Source of the DNA: Acidobacteriota bacterium
GTDB taxonomy: Bacteria > Acidobacteriota > Thermoanaerobaculia > UBA5066 > Gp7-AA6
Assembly (NCBI GenBank): GCA_039933215.1
Contig: JBDTOO010000015.1
Span: 4,501 to 68,500 of the forward strand
Direction of reading: 5' to 3'
DNA: 64,000 nt
Shown here: in pieces, positions 1 to 8,594 of the stretch
How positions within the stretch are numbered: position 1 is the stretch's first letter
Layout: the number at the start of each line of letters is the position of its first letter
Notes under the pieces: model-generated
The model's input: only the letters and a program-made list of their open reading frames with translations
Told to the model about the DNA's origin: nothing
Database searches by the model: none
Position numbers and translations under genes: made by a program

Positions 1-340
1 TTCGGGCGAGCAGCGCGTGGAAATCCGGAAAGTCGATGAGCACCGCAGCGCTCGGGCGTCGCGCGCGCGCGGCGTCCTCGAGCGCTCGGAGGCCGCGGCG
101 GATCGCCGGGAGCTTCTCGAAGACCTCGAAGATCCCGACCACCGAGAGGCGCTCCGAGGCGACGATCCGTTCGAGGCCCGCCTGCTCGAGCCGCGGACCT
201 CCCATCCCGAAGAGCTGCATGGAGGGGCGGCGCGAGGCGAGCGCCCGGACGAGCCGCGATCCGTAGATGTCTCCGGAGGCTTCGCCGGAGGATATGAGCA
301 GGTTCAAGGCGTTCAGAGTAGCAAAGGCTGCGGTTTCCAC
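1..340 (-). CDS. lpxB: Lipid-A-disaccharide synthase LpxB, N-terminal ~113 aa (gene runs off the left edge of the window)
   Basis: Manual minus-strand translation gives ...METAAFATLNALNLLISSGEASGDIYGSRLVRAL...LSVVGIFEVFEKLPAIRRGLRALEDAARARRPSAAVLIDFPDFHALLAR. This aligns to the E. coli LpxB N-terminus (GETSGD ... MGIVEV ... DVFVGIDAPDFN). A GTG start at 340 gives the expected N-terminal length. Not in the ORF track because it is truncated by the window edge. Confidence 0.7.
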   Translation of the reverse strand, partial: METAAFATLNALNLLISSGEASGDIYGSRLVRALASRRPSMQLFGMGGPRLEQAGLERIVASERLSVVGIFEVFEKLPAIRRGLRALEDAARARRPSAAVLIDFPDFHALLAR

Positions 341-615
341 CCGGGTGACTGAGACGCCCGGGGCCGGCTGCGCCCCCCGCGGAGGCACGCGTCGGCCTTG
401 CCGCGAAGGAGAGCACCGGGCCTCCGCTCGGCGTTCGGTCGCAGCTTCCGAGATGGCGAGAGTTTCAGACCGGTATGCTCCCTCACTCATGGCCTCCGCG
501 GGGGCGCACCCTGCCCCGGGCTGCGGCGTCGCTCCAAGGCCGACGCGAGCTCCAGGGCTGCCTCACACCTCTCGCGGGAGGGCGTTAGAATTTCGGGCCG
601 GAAGGAGACGACGAG

Positions 616-792
616 ATGTTTCAACCTTCCACGGACTTCTTCGTCGGCTGGGGAACGCTCGCTCTCATCAACGCGGGGCTGGCGCAGGGCAAGAACCGGA
701 GCGGCACGAACTGGTTCCTGGGCTCGCTCCTGCTCGGCCCCATCGCGACCCTTCTCCTGGTGACGATGCCGAAAAAGCCCGCAGTCGCCTGA
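616..792 (+). CDS. Small (58 aa) membrane protein, hypothetical
   Basis: ATG at 616 preceded by GGAAGGAG (7-8 nt upstream). Product MFQPSTDFFVGWGTLALINAGLAQGKNRSGTNWFLGSLLLGPIATLLLVTMPKKPAVA has two hydrophobic segments. Below the ORF-track size cutoff. Confidence 0.4.
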   Translation: MFQPSTDFFVGWGTLALINAGLAQGKNRSGTNWFLGSLLLGPIATLLLVTMPKKPAVA

Positions 793-835
793 CCGGGTCC
801 CCTCACGCGACATCCCGCCGCTGCCCCCGGTCCTC

Positions 836-2722
836 CTAGGCGGAGAGGGAAGTCTCGCCGGGGCGGTCCGGAGCGCCGATCCGGCCGCGGATCCACCGCC
901 GGTACCACGCCTCGAGATTCAAGAGCAGCCAGACCTTGTTGTTGCGCCGCTGGGTACCCGACTCGACGAAGCGGCGGACCTCGTCCGGACGGATCACGCC
1001 GTCGGCCGCGAGGTCGCCGCGCTCCAGGACCCGGAAGGCGTCCTGCCGGTTGGCGCCGCCGACCCATTTCTTGAAGGGCGTCGAGAAGCCCGCTTTCGGC
1101 CGCGCCAGGATCTCTCGAGGCAGCCACGGGCGGATCGCTTCCCGGAACGCGATCTTGGTCGAGCCCGGCACGAAGAGCCGGGTGGCGTCCAGGGAGAACC
1201 CGTACTCGACGAGCTGCCGGTCGAGGAGCGGCACGCGCGCCTCGAGCCCGACAGCCATCGTCGAGCGGTCGACCTGCATGAGTCCGTTGTCGGGAAGGTA
1301 GGTGTGGATGTCGAGCCAGAGGAGCCGGTGCGCGAGCGGCAGGTCGGGTCGGTCGAACTTCCGGAAGAGCCACGCGGGGTCCTCCGGCGCGCGGCCGAGG
1401 ATCCGCTCCTGTTCCGCGCCGGAGAAGAATCCGCGGACGGGGAAATAGCGGTCGGCGAAGTCGGCCGCGATGAGCCGCGCCGAGCCCGCCGCGCGTGAGG
1501 CGAAGGGGCGCCGCGAGAGCGGACCGACGACGCCCCGATGGAGACCCGAGAGGACGCCCGCGAGAGGGCCGAGACTCTCGCGCATGGACTCGTAGCGCAT
1601 GACGGTCTCGTCCCAGCCATAGCCCCCGAAGACCTCGTCTCCGCCGTCGCCCGTCAGGACGACCTTGACCTTCCGGCGCGCGAGTACCGACACCTCGGCG
1701 ACCGCGAGCGCGCTCGAGTCGTAGAGCGGCTCGTCGTAGACCTCGGAGGCCCGCGCGAGCGCGTGGCCGAGATCGCCCACGTCGACGATGGATTCCTGGT
1801 GGGTCGTCCCGAAGTCCGCGGCGGCGACCCGCGCGAATTCGAGGTCGCTCCGGTCGCCGTCGCGATAGGCGACCGTGAACGTCGGGAGATCGGGGGCCGC
1901 TTCGTTGGCGCGCGCGACCACCGTCGACGAATCGAGCCCTCCCGAGAGAAACGCTCCGACCGGGACGTCCGAGATCATGTGCGAGCGCACGGCCGCGTCG
2001 AGCCGGCTGCGCAGCTCGTCTGGATCGTCCGTGACGGCGCTGCGCTCCAGCCGCCAGTACGGCTCGATGGCCACGCTCCCTTCATCGGCGTCGAAGACGA
2101 GACGATGGGCGGGCGGCAGCTTGCGGATGCCGGCGAAGAGGCAGCGGTCGAACGGGACGTAGCCGTACGACAGGAAGTCCGACAGCGCGTCGGGGTCGAG
2201 GCGAGCGGAGACGCCTGGCAGGGCGAGGAGGGCCTTGGGCTCCGAGGCGAACGCGAGGCCCGCTCCGAGCCGCATCCAGTAGAGGGGCTTGATACCGAGT
2301 CGGTCGCGGGCCAGAAGAAGGCGCCGCGAGCCCTCCTCCCAGAGGGCGAGCGCGAACATGCCTTCCAGGCGCGAGAGCGCCGGGGGCCCGCCGCGCCGGA
2401 GAAGCCGGTGCGCGACCTCGCCGTCGCTCTCCGAGACGAACCGCTCCCCTGCCGACTCGAGCTCGCGCCGCAGATCGCGGAAGTTGTAGATCTCGCCGTT
2501 GTGGATGAAGGCCGAGGTCCGGTCGGGCGAGAGCGACGGCTCCTCGCCCAGGAGCGACGGGTCGAGGATCGCCAGGCGGCGGTGGGCGAGCACGGCGCAC
2601 GACCGCGGTCCGACCCAGCGGCCGCTGCCGTCGGGACCGCGGCGGTTCAGAGTCTCGAGCGCGCGCTCGACCGCCTCCGGGAGGACCCCGTCGCGATCGA
2701 CCCATCCGACGATCCCGCACAT
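836..2722 (-). CDS. asnB: Asparagine synthetase (glutamine-hydrolysing)
   Basis: 628 aa. N-terminal MCGIVG class-II glutamine amidotransferase nucleophile. The C-terminal synthetase domain has the SGGLDSS PP-loop motif. Confidence 0.9.
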   Translation of the reverse strand: MCGIVGWVDRDGVLPEAVERALETLNRRGPDGSGRWVGPRSCAVLAHRRLAILDPSLLGEEPSLSPDRTSAFIHNGEIYNFRDLRRELESAGERFVSESDGEVAHRLLRRGGPPALSRLEGMFALALWEEGSRRLLLARDRLGIKPLYWMRLGAGLAFASEPKALLALPGVSARLDPDALSDFLSYGYVPFDRCLFAGIRKLPPAHRLVFDADEGSVAIEPYWRLERSAVTDDPDELRSRLDAAVRSHMISDVPVGAFLSGGLDSSTVVARANEAAPDLPTFTVAYRDGDRSDLEFARVAAADFGTTHQESIVDVGDLGHALARASEVYDEPLYDSSALAVAEVSVLARRKVKVVLTGDGGDEVFGGYGWDETVMRYESMRESLGPLAGVLSGLHRGVVGPLSRRPFASRAAGSARLIAADFADRYFPVRGFFSGAEQERILGRAPEDPAWLFRKFDRPDLPLAHRLLWLDIHTYLPDNGLMQVDRSTMAVGLEARVPLLDRQLVEYGFSLDATRLFVPGSTKIAFREAIRPWLPREILARPKAGFSTPFKKWVGGANRQDAFRVLERGDLAADGVIRPDEVRRFVESGTQRRNNKVWLLLNLEAWYRRWIRGRIGAPDRPGETSLSA

Positions 2723-2738
2723 CGGCGGCGGGCCGGCG

Positions 2739-2936
2739 TCAGGAGGGGAACGGGTACATGAGCCAGGCCACCGCGAGCCCGCCCAGCACCAGCGCGCCGA
2801 GGATCTTTGCGAAAAGAACGAGCCGCTCCCGGCGCTCCGATCGCCAGAGGAAGGCGAAGAAGACCGAGACGAGGAGCGCGTAGACCGTCATGATGACGAA
2901 GTGGTCGACCGGCAGGAGGGCGAGCAGGAGCTTCAC
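2739..2936 (-). CDS. Small hydrophobic protein (65 aa), hypothetical
   Basis: ORF-track ORF with two predicted TM helices (LLLALLPVDHFVIMTVYALLVSVFFAFLW / ILGALVLGGLAVAWLMY). Lies directly upstream of asnB on the same strand. Confidence 0.35.
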   Translation of the reverse strand: MKLLLALLPVDHFVIMTVYALLVSVFFAFLWRSERRERLVLFAKILGALVLGGLAVAWLMYPFPS

Positions 2937-3325
2937 GCCTTCCTCCCGACGGCGAGGTCATAGGCGTCGAGCATCAGGAGCAGATTCATGAGGCCGGCCG
3001 TCAGCAGGTAGGCGCAGCCGTACTCGTACGTGACGGCGAGGACGTTGCCGCCGGGAGTCTCGGAGAGCACGCGGCCCGCGATGTTCAAGAGGCCCGCGCC
3101 GAAGACGGCGAAGGTGGCCAGGATGGAGAGGGGCTGGCCTGGCTCGATCGTGTACAGCCGCCCCTGGAAGGACATGCCCAGGACGAAGGTCAGCGTGACG
3201 ACCAGGGCGTAGACGACCGCCGTTCGCCGCCGCCCGAGGTACGCGTGGCCGAGTCCGGGAAAGATCCACGCGAGCAAGACGGCGATCCAGGGATTCGTGG
3301 AACGTCCGGCGCCGGCCGCCGTCAA
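2933..3325 (-). CDS. Integral membrane protein, hypothetical (WIFPGLGHAYLG motif)
   Basis: The C-terminal ~125 aa of ORF 2933..3748 are hydrophobic (NPWIAVLLAWIFPGLGHAYLG...). The Arg-rich N-terminal part of that ORF overlaps the HIT gene in another frame and is rejected. A possible TTG start at 3325 overlaps the HIT stop (cTTGA). Start uncertain. Confidence 0.45.
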   Translation of the reverse strand: MTAAGAGRSTNPWIAVLLAWIFPGLGHAYLGRRRTAVVYALVVTLTFVLGMSFQGRLYTIEPGQPLSILATFAVFGAGLLNIAGRVLSETPGGNVLAVTYEYGCAYLLTAGLMNLLLMLDAYDLAVGRKA

Positions 3326-3813
3326 GAGACCGCTCCGAAGAGGGGGCGGAGGCGCGCGAGCGTGGCCGAGGGCTCCTCCGGCACGACGCGGACGTCCCCC
3401 GCGACCGTCATGAAGTTCGTGTCGCCTTTCCATCGGGGAACGATGTGCACGTGGTAGTGGTCCGCGACGCCGGCGCCGGCCGCGGAGCCGAAGTTGATCC
3501 CGACGTTCAGGCCGTCGGTCTTGTAGGCCTCCGTGAGGATCCGCTCGGCGCGCGCCACCATCTGAATGAGCTCCACCTGCGTCTCGTCGCTCGACTGGGA
3601 GAGGCGCGCTTCGTGCGCGACGGGCGCTACCATCACGTGGCCGTTGGTGTAGGGGTATCGGTTCAGGATCACGAACACCTTCCGGCCGCGATGGACGACC
3701 AGGCTCTCCCCGTCGTCGCCGGAGGACGCGGCCTCGCAGAACAAACAATTTCCGCCGGTTTTGTCCGACACCAGGTACTCGTAGCGCCAGGGAGCGAAAA
3801 GAACTTCCGGCAT
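3322..3813 (-). CDS. HIT-family (histidine triad) nucleotide hydrolase
   Basis: Internal ATG at 3813 (MPEVLFAPWRYEYL...). Histidine triad HYHVHIVPRW near the C-terminus. The upstream part of ORF 3322..4152 overlaps the ihfB-like gene and is Arg-rich (artefact). Confidence 0.8.
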   Translation of the reverse strand: MPEVLFAPWRYEYLVSDKTGGNCLFCEAASSGDDGESLVVHRGRKVFVILNRYPYTNGHVMVAPVAHEARLSQSSDETQVELIQMVARAERILTEAYKTDGLNVGINFGSAAGAGVADHYHVHIVPRWKGDTNFMTVAGDVRVVPEEPSATLARLRPLFGAVS

Positions 3814-3818
3814 CGACC

Positions 3819-4094
3819 CTATCGGTTGATGAGTTCTTTCAGCTCTTTTCCCGGCTTGAAATAGGGAATCTTCTTCGCGGGAACGGACACCTTGACGCCG
3901 GTCTTCGGGTTTCGTCCCATCCGTGCGCCCCGCTCGCGGAGGCGAAACGATCCGAATCCCCGAAGCTCGATCTTCTGGCCTTCCTTCAGGGAGCGGACGA
4001 TCGCGTCGAAGACGGTGTCGACGATCGCCTCCGCCTGCTTCTTGGTCACGTCCGTCGCGACGGCGACGCGCTCGATCAGCTCCGCTTTGGTCAT
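3819..4094 (-). CDS. ihfB: Integration host factor beta-like / HU-family DNA-binding protein
   Basis: 91 aa with the GFGSFRLRERGARMGRNPKTG DNA-binding arm. It lies immediately downstream of cmk–rpsA, as does ihfB in the E. coli cmk–rpsA–ihfB operon. Confidence 0.75.
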   Translation of the reverse strand: MTKAELIERVAVATDVTKKQAEAIVDTVFDAIVRSLKEGQKIELRGFGSFRLRERGARMGRNPKTGVKVSVPAKKIPYFKPGKELKELINR

Positions 4095-4190
4095 CGGTTT
4101 CTCTCCGCCGGCAGGGCGCGTCGGGATCGACCGCCCCGCGCGCAGAAAGCACCCCGAGTACCCGCGCTCATGCTCGCCCGTTCCTCCGCG

Positions 4191-6053
4191 TCAGCTCTTC
4201 GGAGTCGCGTCTTCCGCCTTCTTGCGGACACGCTTCTTCTTTACGGCAGGCTCGGGCTCGGCGGCCGGTGCCGCCTCTTCGGATGCCGCCTCGGCTGGCG
4301 CTGCAGCGGGCTCGGGCTCGGAGGACGCGGCCGCGCTCTGCGCCACCGCTTCGGGCGCGTCGGCGGCCTCGCCGGCGGACGACGCCTCGCCGGCCGCCGG
4401 CGTCTCGGCGGGGGCACCCGCCTCGACGTTCTGGCCCGAGAGGCCGACCTTCATCTCCGCGTCCTCGATCCGGAGGATCCGGGCGCGGACGGTATCGCCT
4501 TCCTTGTAGTGCTCCTGGGGCTTCTCGCCCCGCTCGACGGGAGTCTCGGAGACGTGCATCAGGCCTTCGACGAGCCCCTCGATCTGCACGAAGACGCCGA
4601 AGTCCGCCACGCGCGTGACGACGCCGTTCACGACGTCGCCCGCCTGGAAGCGCTCCTTGAAGGTCTGCCAGTCGTTCGGCTGGAATTCCTTGATCGAAAG
4701 AGAGATCCGCCGGTTCTCCTGGTCGATCGACGTGATGATCGCCTCGACGTCGTCGCCCTTCTTGAGAACCTCGGAGGGATGCTTGATGCGCTTCGTCCAC
4801 GACATGTCGGAGACGTGCACCAGTCCGTCGACGCCTTCCTCGATCTCGACGAAGGCCCCGAAATCCGTGAGGTTCCGGACCTTACCGCTGACGCGGCTTC
4901 CGATCGCGTACTTCTCGACGACGCTCTCCCACGGGTCCGGCAGCGTGTCCTTGAGGGACAGCGAGATGCGGCGGGCGTCGCGGTTGACGTCCGAGACGAT
5001 CGCCTCGACCGTGTCGCCCGGCGAGACGACCTTGGAGGGGTTCTTGACCTTCTTCGACCAGGACATCTCGGAGACGTGGACGAGACCCTCGACGCCCTCC
5101 TCGAGCTCGACGAAGGCGCCGTAGTCGGTCACGTTGGTGATCCGGCCCGTCACGCGCGATCCCGTCGGATACCGCTCCGGAACGTGGCTCCAGGGGTCTT
5201 CGGTCAGCTGCTTGGTGCCGAGCGAGACGCGCTCGGTCTCGCGGTCGAACTTCAGGACGACGACGTCGATCTCGTCGCCGACTTTCACCAGGTCGGAGGG
5301 GTGGTTGACGCGGCCCCAGGACATGTCGGTGACGTGGAGGAGGCCGTCGAGGCCTCCCAGATCCACGAACGCCCCGTAGTCCGTGAGGTTCTTGACGACG
5401 CCGCGCAGGACGCGTCCCTCTTCGAGGAGCTGGAGGGTCTCTTTCTTCTTCGCCTCCTGCTCGACTTCGACGACGGCCTTGCGCGAGAGAACGATGTTGC
5501 CCCGCTTCTTGTCGACGGAGATCACCTTGAAGTCGAGGTCCTTGCCGCGCAGGGACTCGAGGTTCTTGACGGGCTTGACGTCGACCAGGGAGCCGGGAAG
5601 GAAGGCCTTGACGCCAATGTCGACGGCGAGACCACCCTTGATCCGGTCGATGACCCGGCCGCGGACGGTCGAGCCCGAGCGGTACGACTTCTCGACTTCG
5701 TCCCAAACCTTCATCTTTTCGGCCTTGTCCTTCGAGAGGACGACGTAGCCGTTCTGGTCTTCGGTGCGTTCCAGCAGGACGTCGACGGCGTCTCCGGGCT
5801 TGACCATCACGTTGCCCGAGAAATCCGTGAACTCGGAGACGGGGATCATCCCTTCGGACTTGTAGCCGATGTCGACGATCACTTCTGAGGGCGTCACCGT
5901 CAGGACGCGTCCCCGGATGATCTGGCCCTCCTGGAGATTCTTGAACGAGTTTTCGTACTGAGCCAGGAGGTGCTCGTATTCCTGGGGCGTCATTTCCTGA
6001 TCCATTTCCATCGACTCGGTTTCCCGACCTCCTCTGTCGTTTTCAGCCTTCAT
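4191..6053 (-). CDS. rpsA: 30S ribosomal protein S1
   Basis: 620 aa with repeated S1 domains. Ala/Pro/Glu-rich C-terminal tail ending in a KKKRVRKK basic patch. The first ATG may be slightly upstream of the true start. Confidence 0.9.
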   Translation of the reverse strand: MKAENDRGGRETESMEMDQEMTPQEYEHLLAQYENSFKNLQEGQIIRGRVLTVTPSEVIVDIGYKSEGMIPVSEFTDFSGNVMVKPGDAVDVLLERTEDQNGYVVLSKDKAEKMKVWDEVEKSYRSGSTVRGRVIDRIKGGLAVDIGVKAFLPGSLVDVKPVKNLESLRGKDLDFKVISVDKKRGNIVLSRKAVVEVEQEAKKKETLQLLEEGRVLRGVVKNLTDYGAFVDLGGLDGLLHVTDMSWGRVNHPSDLVKVGDEIDVVVLKFDRETERVSLGTKQLTEDPWSHVPERYPTGSRVTGRITNVTDYGAFVELEEGVEGLVHVSEMSWSKKVKNPSKVVSPGDTVEAIVSDVNRDARRISLSLKDTLPDPWESVVEKYAIGSRVSGKVRNLTDFGAFVEIEEGVDGLVHVSDMSWTKRIKHPSEVLKKGDDVEAIITSIDQENRRISLSIKEFQPNDWQTFKERFQAGDVVNGVVTRVADFGVFVQIEGLVEGLMHVSETPVERGEKPQEHYKEGDTVRARILRIEDAEMKVGLSGQNVEAGAPAETPAAGEASSAGEAADAPEAVAQSAAASSEPEPAAAPAEAASEEAAPAAEPEPAVKKKRVRKKAEDATPKS

Positions 6054-6144
6054 GCGAAGGAGAATCCCCTCTCATAAGTATTTGAGATGCAAAAATATAG
6101 TCTACTTTGGGCCCGCGAGCCGAGTCAACCGGCCGCTCCCGCCG

Positions 6145-6822
6145 TCAGGCCGTCGAAAGGACCCGTTTCTCGATCTCCCGGACCACCCCTTCGGCCGTCA
6201 GACCGTCCGTTTCGATGAGGACGTAACTCGGGTCCAGGGTCAGCGGCGAGTCGGCCCGGGTCGCGTCGTCGCGGTCCCGCTGCTCCATCTCCGCGAGGAC
6301 CTTCTCGTACGGCTCGGCCGTGCCGCGGCGGGCGAGCTCCAGGGCCCGGCGGGCGGCCCGGACGCCGGGCGGAGCGGTCAGGAAGAACTTGTAGGGGGCC
6401 TCGGGGAACACCTTCGTGCCGATGTCGCGCCCCTCGAGGACCCCTCCCCTCTCGCGCCCGAGCCGCTGTTGCTCGGACACGAGCCGGCGGCGCACGGCCG
6501 GAATCGCCGAGATCGCGGAGGCGTAGAGCGAGATCTCCGGCTCCCGGATCGCGTCCGTGACGTCCCGATCGTCCAGGTAGACCCGGGCCCCGGCCGGGTC
6601 CGGCAGCAGCTCGACCCGGACGGACTCGGCGACCGCCGCGGCGGCCGCGGGGTCCGCGAAAGGGAGGGTCAGGCCGCGCTCGCGCGCCGCGAGACCGACG
6701 GCGCGATACATGGCTCCGGTGTCGATGTAGGGCACGCCGAGCCGGGCCGCGAGGGCGCGGGCGACCGTGGACTTTCCCGCGCCGGAGGGGCCGTCGATCG
6801 CGACGATCAGCCCCGCGCTCAT
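6145..6822 (-). CDS. cmk: Cytidylate kinase
   Basis: Internal ATG verified at 6820-6822 (MSAGLIVAIDGPSGAGKST P-loop). The N-terminal 250 aa of ORF 6145..7581 are Arg-rich out-of-frame overlap with rluB and are rejected. Confidence 0.9.
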   Translation of the reverse strand: MSAGLIVAIDGPSGAGKSTVARALAARLGVPYIDTGAMYRAVGLAARERGLTLPFADPAAAAAVAESVRVELLPDPAGARVYLDDRDVTDAIREPEISLYASAISAIPAVRRRLVSEQQRLGRERGGVLEGRDIGTKVFPEAPYKFFLTAPPGVRAARRALELARRGTAEPYEKVLAEMEQRDRDDATRADSPLTLDPSYVLIETDGLTAEGVVREIEKRVLSTA

Positions 6823-7649
6823 CGAGGGGGACGGTCCGCGCGCCGGGGCGCCTTGCGGGCCGGCCGCGGCGCCTCCCGGGTCTCGCGGACGGCCGGGGTC
6901 GGCTTGCGCGCCGCGGCGAGCGACGCCTTCAGGGCCCCGACTTCGGCGGGCGACAGGCGCCGGACGCGGCCGGAGGCGAGCGCGTCGTCCCGGATCGGCC
7001 CGATGGCGACGCGCTTCAACTTCGAGACCTGGTGCCCGATGATCTCGAACATCCGACGGATCTGGCGGCTTCGCCCTTCGCGCAGCGTGACCTTGAACCA
7101 GGCGTTGCCCTCCCCCCGCCCCGCGGTCGTGCGCACCTCCTCGATGTCGCAGGAGCGCGTCGAGCGGCCGTCGAGGACGATCCCTCGCCGCAGTCTCGCG
7201 AGGTCTTTCTCGGCGGGGACGCCGGAAACCTTGACGCGATACTCCTTGGCGCAGCTCATCGAGGGATGCGTGACGTCCCGGGCGAGGTCGCCGTCGTCCG
7301 TCAGGAGAATCAGTCCCTCCGTTCCCACGTCCAGGCGCCCGACCGGGCGCACGCCGCCCCGAAGACTGCCGGGCACGAGATCCATGACGGTGTCGCGCTT
7401 CTCGGGATCCGACATCGTCGTGACGTAGCCCTTCGGCTTGTTCAGCAGCAGATAGGTCTTCTCGACGGGCGGCGCCTTGATGCGGCGCCCGTCGACCTTG
7501 ACCGCGTCGCGCTCGGGGTCCGCCTGGTCGCCCAACTTCGCGACCCGGCCGTTGACGGTCACGCGCCCGTCGCGGATCCACTCTTCGGCGAGTCGCCGCG
7601 AGGCGAGGCCCGCCTGGGAGAGAAGCTTCTGGATGCGGGAGGCCGTCAT
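6819..7649 (-). CDS. rluB: 23S rRNA pseudouridine synthase (RluB-like, S4 + RsuA domains)
   Basis: 276 aa. N-terminal S4 domain (QKLLSQAGLASRRLAEEWIRDGRVTVNG). Catalytic pseudouridine synthase core (GRLDVGTEGLILLTDDGDLA). Basic C-terminal tail. 4-nt overlap with the cmk start. Confidence 0.8.
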   Translation of the reverse strand: MTASRIQKLLSQAGLASRRLAEEWIRDGRVTVNGRVAKLGDQADPERDAVKVDGRRIKAPPVEKTYLLLNKPKGYVTTMSDPEKRDTVMDLVPGSLRGGVRPVGRLDVGTEGLILLTDDGDLARDVTHPSMSCAKEYRVKVSGVPAEKDLARLRRGIVLDGRSTRSCDIEEVRTTAGRGEGNAWFKVTLREGRSRQIRRMFEIIGHQVSKLKRVAIGPIRDDALASGRVRRLSPAEVGALKASLAAARKPTPAVRETREAPRPARKAPRRADRPPR

Positions 7650-7693
7650 GAAGTTGCGCGGTCCGCGCTCAGACGCGCCGCGCGGCGGGCTCG

Positions 7694-8587
7694 CTACGCG
7701 TCATCGCCATCGTCTTCGTCGTCGTCCTCGTCCTCGTCGTCGTCGTCCTCGTCGTCCCCTTCATCCTCTTCCTCATGCTCGTCGGCGCTCACTTTCGCCT
7801 TCCCCGCTCCGCCCGCCGTGCCGGTATTCGGGGAGGAGGTTGAGCCGCCGCCGCCCTCCGCGTCGTCCTCTTCCTCCTCGGTGTCCGGAGGCGGACCGCT
7901 GCGCGGCGGAAGCCCGGCGGCGGATTCGTCCCCGACGGTCGCCGCGAGGTCCTCCTCGATCTCCTCCGGCTTCGGGAGCTCTTCGAGCTCGTTCAAGCCG
8001 AACCGAACGAGGAAATCGGGCGTCGTACGGTACAGAAACGGAGTGCCGACGACCGCCTTCTTGCCGGCCGTCGTGATGAGCTTCTTCTCGAACAGGGTCT
8101 TCAGGACGGACGAGGAGTTGACGCCGCGAATGTCCTGGACCTCCGGAAGAGTGATCGGCTGACGGTAGGCGATGATGGCCAGGGTCTCCAGGGCCGCGAG
8201 CGACAGCCGCGAGCGCTCGGTCACGTCGTGGTACTTGCGCAGGAGCGAGTCGAATTCCGGGCGGGTGACGTAGCGCCATCCGCCGGCGACGTGCTCGAGC
8301 CGCACCCCGCGCGTTGGAACGTCCGCCTCCTCCGCGAGGCCGGCCAGGGCCTCCTTCACGGCCTCGGGCGTCGCTTCGAGGACGGCCGCGAGATCCTTCT
8401 CGGAGACCGGGCGGGGCGAGGAAAACAGGATGGCCTCCATCGCATCGCGGATCTTCGCCGCGCGCGACTCTCGGGGTCGGGCGGGAGCGGTCGTCTCGCC
8501 TTGCGGGGCCTCGGCCGCCGCGGGCGGGTTTCCGTCCGTGGTCCGGGCGGCCGGCGATCCCGTGTCATTTGCGCCCGGTTCTGTCAT
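7694..8587 (-). CDS. scpB: Segregation and condensation protein B
   Basis: ScpB winged-helix core (AMEAILFSSPRPVSEKDLAAVLE...). Long poly-Asp/Glu C-terminal tail. The start is placed at the second ATG (MTEPG...) to avoid overlapping scpA. Confidence 0.8.
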   Translation of the reverse strand: MTEPGANDTGSPAARTTDGNPPAAAEAPQGETTAPARPRESRAAKIRDAMEAILFSSPRPVSEKDLAAVLEATPEAVKEALAGLAEEADVPTRGVRLEHVAGGWRYVTRPEFDSLLRKYHDVTERSRLSLAALETLAIIAYRQPITLPEVQDIRGVNSSSVLKTLFEKKLITTAGKKAVVGTPFLYRTTPDFLVRFGLNELEELPKPEEIEEDLAATVGDESAAGLPPRSGPPPDTEEEEDDAEGGGGSTSSPNTGTAGGAGKAKVSADEHEEEDEGDDEDDDDEDEDDDEDDGDDA

Positions 8588-8594
8588 TCCGTCC

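Noticed and set aside
4170-7428. Long plus-strand ORFs (4170..5888, 6052..7428) antisense to rpsA, cmk and rluB
   Set aside because: Antisense to strongly supported conserved genes. Low-complexity Arg/Gly/Asp-rich translations. Attributed to GC3 bias.
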